From the NCBI RefSeq assembly GCF_000737315.1, contig NZ_JMCB01000003.1:144001-206000 (forward strand): a stretch of 62,000 bases of DNA, written 5' to 3'. The notes beneath the pieces are model-generated. The model had not been told where the DNA came from. It worked only from the letters and a program-made list of their open reading frames with translations, and ran no database searches. How positions within the stretch are numbered: position 1 is the first letter of the stretch; every line of letters starts with the position of its first letter. Positions 53,864 to 62,000 of this stretch are shown one piece after another. A program made the translations under genes and the position numbers. This DNA is from Hyalangium minutum (GTDB taxonomy: Bacteria; Myxococcota; Myxococcia; Myxococcales; Myxococcaceae).

Positions 53864-54516
53864 GAACTCCATGCCTCCTGGTTTGCATCATCTTATTATT
53901 GAGTTGTGTGAAGAGCCCCATGCCCCCTCAGCCGTCGTCAGGGGAAGATGAGTCTATTGTCTTTCCAGATTTCTCCGGCCCGGTCTCCAATGTGGTCAGT
54001 CAGTCTGGGGGGGCATATGATGTGGATGGCGCGACGCTGCAGGCCCTTGTGACCGCACTCAGCGATTTCCTGCCGACGGATTCCCAAAACCCTTCGTGCT
54101 GGAACAGACCCGATGCCTGGCGCTACCGGGTCATCCGCCAAGAAAATACCTTCTTCATTCGCATCCAAGCAGATCCGGCTTTTTGCGCGGGCAAGATCAT
54201 GATGCTGGACTCTGGCGCGAAATACGCGATCAGCAGTGATGGCCGAATCCTCCGACGCTTGTTCACAGGTCAGCCGGACTGGACCACGGGTTCGGAAGCT
54301 TCGGGAACTGGTGACGGCCCAGGAGATGCCAGCACGAGCAAGCCTCCTGTTGATGCCGATATTGCTGGCGTTTTGGAGTCGACCTGGAGCGAGTCTCGGG
54401 TATGGCCGGATGGAGGGGTCAAACAATCTGGCGCGAAGCCACAGCATGAAGGTCTTGGCACTCTGGATGGTGGTATTCCTCTGGACGGCGGGGAACTCTC
54501 CCCTCCAGTCAGGTGA
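53860..54516 (+). CDS. Lipoprotein of unknown function, coupled to the upstream gene
   Basis: LLLS-C lipobox; ATGA overlap; DSGAKYAISSDGRILRR. Confidence 0.7.
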   Translation: MRTPCLLVCIILLLSCVKSPMPPQPSSGEDESIVFPDFSGPVSNVVSQSGGAYDVDGATLQALVTALSDFLPTDSQNPSCWNRPDAWRYRVIRQENTFFIRIQADPAFCAGKIMMLDSGAKYAISSDGRILRRLFTGQPDWTTGSEASGTGDGPGDASTSKPPVDADIAGVLESTWSESRVWPDGGVKQSGAKPQHEGLGTLDGGIPLDGGELSPPVR

Positions 54517-54598
54517 CCTGCTCTTCTCCGGAGCGTCCCTCTTCACGAGGATCGTCTCCAGGCAAGGGCGCAATTCTGCTGAAGTTTTCGCACCGCCC

Positions 54599-54627
54599 GG
54601 CGCGGGTTCGATTCCCGCCTCCTCCAC
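54599..54627 (+). mobile_element. Orphan tmRNA/tRNA-like 3' end (att-like scar)
   Basis: GGCGCGGGTTCGATTCCCGCCTCCTCCAC: 5-bp T-stem, TTCGATT loop, acceptor strand ending CTCC-A; no matching 5' half found upstream. Confidence 0.7.
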
Positions 54628-54742
54628 TTTTTCATACTGGCCCACTCCGCTTTCGCTTGGTGCCGGGGCGTGCTGGTCCGCTCCAGCGGAGAGTCCGCGC
54701 AGCCTTGACCGCGGCATCTCGCTGGATTGAAAGGAAGTGGCC

Positions 54743-55582
54743 ATGCGTCTCCGAACATGCAGCGCACTCCTGCTCTTGCTCCTACTCCCGGCCTGCGCCA
54801 CGACGGCGCCGAGCCCGGATAGCGCGGTGCCCCCCAACCAGAGGATCGCCAACCTGCAGAGGGCGGCGCAGTACCCCTGGACGGATGACGGGCAGTGCGT
54901 GGTGCGAGAGGCCTCCAACGAGTGGGAGGTTTTGGCGAAGCGATGCTTTCACGCTCTCGACCCGAAGAAGATCCAGTTTCGAGATGTGACGGGAAGATGC
55001 GCTCTGGCCTCGGCGGGGGCGGCTGTCGTGGGAGTGGGGCTCTGCATCTTTGTGGCACCCGAGATCATCGTGGGCGCGATCATCATCACTGGCGCCGTGG
55101 TGGTGGCAGTCGTCATCAAAGAGGAGTTAGACGCATATGAGCGAGGGGCATCCCGTGAGCGTGGGAGACCCAAGACTCAGACACGGCCATCCACTGAGCA
55201 GGAACCCGTGTCGAATCGGAAGCCCAAAGCGGAAGAGTCCCCATTGGGTAGGGATTGGTTTCCCCCAGACCCGCCAGTCTCCTCGGACCCCCATGATCGC
55301 CGCCCCGAGTGCACGCCCAGACGGGCTTCTCATCGTGGCGGCAACGACCCGCACAACGACTGCGCCGACTTCATTCCGCAGAACAGCTTTCCCGGCTGGG
55401 ATGTTCTCGTCAATGGCAAGCACTTCGATGCGCTGCAAGGGGCCACGCGCACTCTTTGGGAGGTCAAGACCGACAATTTCGACACGTACACGGACGACCT
55501 CAAGGACATCGTGGTCAGAAGTCAGGTGCCAAAGTTGCGGGACGAGCGCGCCCTCGCGATCGTCGTCATGGACTGGTGCTGA
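54743..55582 (+). CDS. Lipoprotein polymorphic toxin, REase fold (DUF6310-like)
   Basis: LPA-C lipobox; RIANLQRAAQYPWTDDG; hydrophobic hairpin; FDALQ..LWEVKTD; ends IVVMDWC. Confidence 0.7.
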   Translation: MRLRTCSALLLLLLLPACATTAPSPDSAVPPNQRIANLQRAAQYPWTDDGQCVVREASNEWEVLAKRCFHALDPKKIQFRDVTGRCALASAGAAVVGVGLCIFVAPEIIVGAIIITGAVVVAVVIKEELDAYERGASRERGRPKTQTRPSTEQEPVSNRKPKAEESPLGRDWFPPDPPVSSDPHDRRPECTPRRASHRGGNDPHNDCADFIPQNSFPGWDVLVNGKHFDALQGATRTLWEVKTDNFDTYTDDLKDIVVRSQVPKLRDERALAIVVMDWC

Positions 55583-55583
55583 G

Positions 55584-56345
55584 ATGGCAGGCACGCAAAA
55601 ATCCCTACGCCTTGCCGTCTACGCTCCTGCGCTAACTCTGGACGATCGCCGTCCTTTGGCCGTTGTCCATGGAATGGAACGCACGTTCCCCGGCTTGCAT
55701 CTGGGGTGGATGATTTCCGAAGCAGGGCAGCGCATTCCACTGCCGGATCGAGATGCTTTTGTCTCCCGCGAGAGGAAGGACGGGGGATTTCCGCTTCTGC
55801 GGAACGGTGATGAGACGTTCCGGGTGACCGTGACGGGATTGGAAAGCCCAGCGGGCACTTCGCCGGGGGGGAAGGCACAGTTTGAAGTCCAGGCGGTCCT
55901 GCCATTGAACGCAACCGGCATCGCGGCGGCGGCGGATGTGCTGGAGGCCGTAGGCGAGGATGCACGCGCGTTCTGGGGGCGCGTGCTGCCAGAGGGGATG
56001 GCCGTGACAGTGTCGGAGCAGTTTCGCCACTCGGGGGAGGAGCCGCATATCCCGCCGAAAGGGCTCCCCTCGCTCAAACTCCCATGGAAACTCCCCGCGC
56101 CTGAGATTCCGCATTACCTTGGGTGGCTGAACTACTGGTCCGACGCTGCCGCACGCGCCATCGGGTTCCCAGACCCTGCCCGCGACTCGGAGCTGCTGTC
56201 GCGCGCACGGCGCACGGCGACGGGAGGGTGGATTGTCCGGCTCACGGATGCGCCGCTCGATCTCGACAACCCCGCCCACCTGAACGCGCTCCTGCGCGCA
56301 TATGAGCGCTTCCCGGAGATCGGCGGGCGTACTCCGAGCCGCTGA
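55584..56345 (+). CDS. Putative immunity protein (DUF5953-like)
   Basis: Starts 1 nt after the toxin stop; VYAPAL..VVHGMER, LGWLNYWS, LDLDNPAHL..YERFPEIGGR. Confidence 0.7.
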   Translation: MAGTQKSLRLAVYAPALTLDDRRPLAVVHGMERTFPGLHLGWMISEAGQRIPLPDRDAFVSRERKDGGFPLLRNGDETFRVTVTGLESPAGTSPGGKAQFEVQAVLPLNATGIAAAADVLEAVGEDARAFWGRVLPEGMAVTVSEQFRHSGEEPHIPPKGLPSLKLPWKLPAPEIPHYLGWLNYWSDAAARAIGFPDPARDSELLSRARRTATGGWIVRLTDAPLDLDNPAHLNALLRAYERFPEIGGRTPSR

Positions 56346-56349
56346 GAAC

Positions 56350-57516
56350 TCAGGCCTCCGCGCGAGGCTGGAAGCCGTATGGGTCCGTCTTGTGCTTCGG
56401 CTCGAACCCTTCGAGCGATGGGGCGATGCGGATCAGCCCCATGGCCAGCATTCGGTGCATCGAGCGCGCTGCTCCCGCCTCACCCATGGCCGCCGTGCGC
56501 AGCGCCTGGCGGATCGTCACGCTGCCCCGGAGCTTTGAGTACAGGTAGAGATCATCCGCGGTTAGCGAGGAGGGCAGGGGACGCGGCAGTGGCTCGAAGA
56601 TGAGGCGCCCGTCCATGGAGAACAGCTCGTCACAGAGCGCCAGCGTGAGCTTCACCTCCGCGTCCCGGTAGAGCGCGTGTGCCTCGGGGACAGGGCCTCG
56701 CTCCAGCACTTGCTCCACCACTGCGAGCGCGTGATCGTACTTGCGCTCCTCCACGAAGCTCCGGGCTGCGTCCAGCAGCTCCTGCTCCTGGAGTTCTTCG
56801 CCCATCGAGTTGTTCTGCGCCCGTTGCGGCGCCAGCACCCCGCGCCGGTACAGGTGCATCAGCCGCCTCGCTACGAAGATCCGCGACTCCTTGCCCGATG
56901 CGAGCAGCTCCGCGAGCGTGGCCCCCGACTCCGCTCGCTTCATCAGGACCGACTCCTCCTCCGAGAACCGCCCCACGGAGTGCTCACGGAAGACGTAGAA
57001 CGTCGTGTCCATGCCCGGGAACACCGTGCGGAACGTCCGCCACTCGCGGCGCCGCGACAGCGCGTCCCGGTGCAGGCTCGTCAGCGGCATCTTCAACTCC
57101 ACTGCCTGCTCCAGCGACGGCAGCTGCAGCGTGAACTCCACCTCGCCCGAGTCCCAGTTGTAGCAGTCGAAGAACGCCTCGCGCGCCTTGTGCTCCAGCG
57201 CCTCCAACAGCCGCGGCAGCTCCACGAACTGCTGGCGCACCAGGAACGCCCCGTAGGGCAGCTTCGCCAGCTCCGCCGCCTCGAAGGCCAGCGCCGCCCG
57301 GGGCGCGTCCAGGATGCCCAGGTCCACCAGCACCTGGCCCAGGTGCTCGGCCGGCGTGTTGGAGCCTTCGCCCACCAGGAAGCCGTCCTTGAAGAAGAAG
57401 TAGCGGATCACCGAGCCGCGCTCGACCCTCAGCGTGCCTCGGGCCTTGCGCGACAGGAGCGCAGGGATCACCACCTCCATCGAATAGTGAGTGAGGCCTC
57501 CCTTGAAGTGCTCCAT
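56350..57516 (-). CDS. DUF4388-like domain protein
   Basis: RKARGTL, YFFFKDG, EHLGQVLV, EAFFDCYNWDSGEVEF; TPR-like helix pair. Confidence 0.75.
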   Translation of the reverse strand: MEHFKGGLTHYSMEVVIPALLSRKARGTLRVERGSVIRYFFFKDGFLVGEGSNTPAEHLGQVLVDLGILDAPRAALAFEAAELAKLPYGAFLVRQQFVELPRLLEALEHKAREAFFDCYNWDSGEVEFTLQLPSLEQAVELKMPLTSLHRDALSRRREWRTFRTVFPGMDTTFYVFREHSVGRFSEEESVLMKRAESGATLAELLASGKESRIFVARRLMHLYRRGVLAPQRAQNNSMGEELQEQELLDAARSFVEERKYDHALAVVEQVLERGPVPEAHALYRDAEVKLTLALCDELFSMDGRLIFEPLPRPLPSSLTADDLYLYSKLRGSVTIRQALRTAAMGEAGAARSMHRMLAMGLIRIAPSLEGFEPKHKTDPYGFQPRAEA

Positions 57517-57761
57517 GCCGCCTTCTCCCCTGTGAGCGAGTGCTTGCTCGCTTTCTGAGAAAGCTAATGGGCCCTCCCTCGTTGCTCAACCTCCCACCCC
57601 CCACAAACTGTTGAATTCATTGGAGTCTTCCGGGGTTGTCCCAAAGTTCCGGGTTGAGAAAGGGCAGGGGCCTCATGGGGCGCTACGGACCCGGGCGAAT
57701 GTTTGACCCCCTGGGGGGCCACTGCTAAGGGGAAAGGCCTGATGTGCTTGAAGGACGTCCG

Positions 57762-58602
57762 GTGACCGATGCCCGCCGCACGCCGCCCGACGAGGGCTCC
57801 AGCGATGCAGAGGTGCCCCGCTCACCCGGGGACGCCTTCCGTATTGCTTTGCCCAACTTCGAGGGCCCCCTCGATCTTCTGCTGCACCTGATCCGCGAGC
57901 ACCGGGTCGACATCTTCGACATCCCCCTCGCGCTCATCGTCGAGAAATACCTGGAATACCTGGAGCGGATGCGCGAGTTGAACCTCGACATCGCCGGTGA
58001 GTTCCTGGTGATGGCGTCCACCCTGGCGCACCTCAAGAGCCGCATGCTGCTGCCGCGCCAGGATGTGGCGGCCCAGGAGCAGGTGGGCGAGGTGCTCGCG
58101 GTGGAGGAGCAGGGGGATCCGCGCGCGGAGCTGGTGCGGCGGCTGCTCGAGTATCAGAAGTACAAGGACTCGGCGGAGCAGCTGGCGAAGCAGGATCTGC
58201 TCGGGCGCGATGTGTTCACGCGCAACGTGCCGGTGGAGGCGGTGCCCATCCCCGAGGAGGAGGTGGGGCTGCAGGAGTTCTCCGTCCTCAAGCTGATCGA
58301 GTCGCTGGATCGGGTGCTGGAGCGCCTGACCCCGAAGGTGCAGCACGAGGTGGTGCTCGAGCGGCTGAGCCTCTCGGAGGCCACCCTGCGGGTGATCGAG
58401 CGGCTGCGCGGTCAGGAGCAGGTGACGTTCGTCAGCCTGTTCCCGGAGGGCAGCACGCGGCAGGAGATTGTCATTACGTTCCTGGCGATCCTGGAGATGG
58501 TAAAGCGGCGCCTCATCCGGGTTCGCCAGGAAGAGCCCCTGAAGGACATCTTCCTGATGCCCAACGGAGACGCGCTGGAGCGGCTGGCCCCCACGGAGGT
58601 GG

Positions 58603-58622
<20 letters not shown>
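57762..58622 (+). CDS. scpA: Segregation and condensation protein A
   Basis: FEGPLDLLLHLI, AGEFLVMA, KSRMLLP, DPRAELVRRLLEY, TFLAILEM. Confidence 0.95.
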
Positions 58623-59598
<976 letters not shown>

Positions 59599-59620
59599 CG
59601 GGCACGAAAGCATCACGAAT

Positions 59621-61699
59621 ATGGCTGCTGAAAGACTTCAGAAGTACCTGGCTCGCGCGGGAGTGGCTTCGCGCCGGCACGCAGAAGAGCTCATCACCGC
59701 AGGCCGTGTGCAGGTGAACAACGAGACGGTGACCGAGCTGGGCAGCCGGGTGGAGCCGGGCAAGGACCTGGTGAAGGTGGACGGAAAGCTGGTGTCTCCG
59801 CCGGAGAGCACCTCCTATTACCTGCTGTACAAGCCGGCCGGCGTGGTGACGACGCTGTCGGATCCCCAGGGCCGCCCCACGGTGGCCAGCTACGTGGAGG
59901 ATGCCGGTACGCGCCTGTTCCCCGTGGGCCGCTTGGACTACGACGCCGAGGGAGCGCTGCTCTTCACGGATGACGGCGCGCTGGCGCACAAGCTCACGCA
60001 CCCCAGCTTCCAGGTGCCTCGCACGTACCTGGCCAAGGTGAAGGGCTCGCCGGACTCCGCCACGCTGGGCAAGCTGCGCGGCGGTGTGCGGCTCGAGGAC
60101 GGCATGGCCACGCCGCTCACCGTGGATGTGTTCGAGCAGGCCGAGCGCAACACGTGGCTGAAGATCGTGGTCGCCGAGGGCCGGCCTCACCTCATCAAGC
60201 GCCTGTGCGCGGCGGTGGGGCACCCCGTGGTGCGCCTGTTCCGGCCGAACTACGCGGGCATCGGCGTGTCTGGGCTGCGGCCGGGACAGCTGCGCCCGCT
60301 GTCGAACAACGAGGTGCGTCTGCTCCAGGACGTGGCCGAGGCCCGCATGGCTCCGCCCGAGGGAGAGCTGAACCTGCCTCCGCGCCGGCATGGGCGGTCG
60401 GCTCCGGGCTTCGAGGCGGCGGAGGACAGCGGCGACGACTACGAGGTGGAGACCGAGGAAGAGTCCGCTCGGCCCGAGCCCGTGGTGGTGAAGCTGCCTC
60501 GGAAGGATGCGGATGCCGCGGCTGCGGCGCCCGCGGCGGAGCGGCGCCCGCGGAGCCCCGCGGGCCGCGAGATGAAGGAAGGCGGCACGGGGCTGGCCCG
60601 GTTCGGCCGTTCGCGCACGGGCGCTCCAGGCGCTGGCGGCGATCGTCCCAAGCGCAGGGAGTGGGACACGCGCGGTGATGAAGGCGAGCGTCCCGAGAAG
60701 CGCGAGTGGAAGCCGCGTGGTGAGGGTGCTGGCCGTCCTGAGAAGCGCGAGTGGAAGCCGCGTGGAGAGGGTGCTGGCCGTCCCGAGAAGCGCGAGTGGA
60801 AGCCGCGGGGTGAGGGCGCGGGCCGTCCTGAGAAGCGCGAGTGGAAGCCGCGTGGTGAGGGTGCGGGCCGTCCTGAGAAGCGCGAGTGGAAGCCGCGTGG
60901 AGAGGGTGCGGGCCGTCCTGAGAAGCGCGAGTGGAAGCCGCGGGGTGAGGGTGCTGGTCGTCCCGAGAAGCGCGAGTGGAAGCCGCGCGGCGAGGGTGCT
61001 GAGCGTCCGGAGCGTCGCGAGTGGAAGCCGCGGGGTGAGGGTGCAGGCCGTCCCGAGAAGCGCGAGTGGAAGCCGCGTGGTGAGGGTGCAGGCCGTCCCG
61101 AGAAGCGTGAGTGGAAGCCGCGCGGTGAGGGCGCGGGCCGTCCCGAGAAGCGTGAGTGGAAGCCGCGCGGTGAGGGTGCTGGCCGTCCCGAGAAGCGCGA
61201 GTGGAAGCCGCGCGGTGAGGGTGCTGAGCGTCCGGAGCGTCGCGAGTGGAAGCCGCGCGGTGAGGGCGCTGGCCGTCCCGAGAAGCGCGAGTGGAAGCCG
61301 CGCGGCGAGGGCGCTGGCCGTCCCGAGAAGCGCGAGTGGAAGCCCCGCGGTGACGGTGCTGGCCGTCCCGAGAAGCGCGAGTGGAAGCCCCGCGGCGAGG
61401 GTGGAGATCGCCCGGCTCGCAAGACCTGGAGCCCTCGGGGCGGGCCCATCGGTCCGGCCTCGCGTGGCGCGGGCCGGTTCGGCCGCCCGGGTCGCTCCGG
61501 AGGCGCCGCTGGGGATGCACGGCCCGAGCGCCGGAGCACTCGCTCGGAAGAGGGAGGAGAGGCCGGCGGAGGCTTCGTCGACTGGCGCAAGCGCAAGCAG
61601 AGCGATCGTGCGCCCGGGACTCCCTGGGACTCGCGGCGTCCGGCGCCAGGCGGCGCTCGGGGGCCTCGCAAGCCCGGTGGCCCTCGCAAGCCTCGCTGA
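59621..61699 (+). CDS. rluB: RsuA/RluB family rRNA pseudouridine synthase with long charged repeat tail
   Basis: ERLQKYLARAGVASRR (S4 domain), YKPAGV, PVGRLDYDAEG, EGRPHLIKRL. Confidence 0.8.
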   Translation: MAAERLQKYLARAGVASRRHAEELITAGRVQVNNETVTELGSRVEPGKDLVKVDGKLVSPPESTSYYLLYKPAGVVTTLSDPQGRPTVASYVEDAGTRLFPVGRLDYDAEGALLFTDDGALAHKLTHPSFQVPRTYLAKVKGSPDSATLGKLRGGVRLEDGMATPLTVDVFEQAERNTWLKIVVAEGRPHLIKRLCAAVGHPVVRLFRPNYAGIGVSGLRPGQLRPLSNNEVRLLQDVAEARMAPPEGELNLPPRRHGRSAPGFEAAEDSGDDYEVETEEESARPEPVVVKLPRKDADAAAAAPAAERRPRSPAGREMKEGGTGLARFGRSRTGAPGAGGDRPKRREWDTRGDEGERPEKREWKPRGEGAGRPEKREWKPRGEGAGRPEKREWKPRGEGAGRPEKREWKPRGEGAGRPEKREWKPRGEGAGRPEKREWKPRGEGAGRPEKREWKPRGEGAERPERREWKPRGEGAGRPEKREWKPRGEGAGRPEKREWKPRGEGAGRPEKREWKPRGEGAGRPEKREWKPRGEGAERPERREWKPRGEGAGRPEKREWKPRGEGAGRPEKREWKPRGDGAGRPEKREWKPRGEGGDRPARKTWSPRGGPIGPASRGAGRFGRPGRSGGAAGDARPERRSTRSEEGGEAGGGFVDWRKRKQSDRAPGTPWDSRRPAPGGARGPRKPGGPRKPR
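60656..61420 (+). repeat. Coding tandem repeat: 16 x 45 bp (REWKPRGEGAGRPEK) plus one degenerate unit
   Basis: Units start at 60701 and every 45 nt up to 61376; degenerate unit at 60656. Confidence 0.97.
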
Positions 61700-61794
61700 C
61701 GCAGCGCGCAGGGGGCGTGTTCACCTCGGCTGAGTTCTTCCGGCCGGGGCTGATATAACCGGTCGTCCATTCAACGTTTCCTTCTCGGAGTGCG

Positions 61795-62000
61795 ATGAGA
61801 ACCGGCGTGCGCCCCCTTGTCGTCGTCCTGTCCCTGGCCCTGTTCTCCGGGTGCCAGGGCAACCGCGATCAACTCCTCGCCGACCTCCAGAGCCCCCGGC
61901 CCGAGGTCCGCGCCCACGCGGTCAAATCGCTGGCCAAGCAGGGCAACGCGGAGGATCTGGTCCTCTTCTCCCGCGCCGCCAAGGACATGGCCTCCATCGT
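61795..62000 (+). CDS. HEAT-repeat lipoprotein, N-terminal part (runs off the window end)
   Basis: Hand translation: MRTGVRPLVVVLSLALFSG-CQGNRDQLLADLQSPRPEVRAHAVKSLAK. Confidence 0.7.
   Translation, partial: MRTGVRPLVVVLSLALFSGCQGNRDQLLADLQSPRPEVRAHAVKSLAKQGNAEDLVLFSRAAKDMASI

Noticed and set aside
54516-54640. Complete tRNA or tmRNA gene
   Set aside because: Only the T-arm and 3' acceptor strand are present; there is no complementary 5' strand, D-arm or anticodon arm, and no encoded CCA.
53938-55058. Minus-strand ORFs containing EAGIEPA / WRRRESNP
   Set aside because: These peptides are the usual artefact of translating a tmRNA/tRNA 3' end in reverse.
60656-61420. 45-bp periodic array as a CRISPR array or intergenic repeat
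   Set aside because: No unique spacers, period is a multiple of 3, it lies in frame inside rluB, and no cas genes are present.

Overview
A high-GC (roughly 70%) chromosomal segment, inferred to come from a myxobacterium (Cystobacterineae-like gene content and order). The backbone is housekeeping: gltB-gltD, greA, recG-pcm-thrC-tmk, nhaA, mutS, a cell-wall amidase, xerD, scpA-scpB and an RluB-like pseudouridine synthase with a 16-17 x 45-bp tandem repeat tail. Four accessory blocks stand out. (i) 46.6-50.1 kb: an operon of a P-II-like protein plus two divergent, KTN-less cation/H+ antiporter subunits with unequal catalytic motifs. (ii) 53.0-56.3 kb: a partly lower-GC cassette region with a JAB/MPN-motif putative lipoprotein and a coupled lipoprotein partner, an orphan tmRNA-like 3' end (att-like scar), and a REase-fold lipoprotein toxin with a putative immunity gene. 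(iii) 30.8-34.8 kb: a large lipoprotein gene split from its signal peptide by a 1-nt frameshift, divergent from a small lipoprotein plus a 32-Cys protein. (iv) 13-16 kb: an S1/P1/PLC-fold Zn hydrolase fused to a probable beta-barrel, followed by a lipoprotein 5'-nucleotidase. Family assignments rest on motif recognition only; no database search was run. No CRISPR array, rRNA, complete tRNA/tmRNA or transposase was seen.
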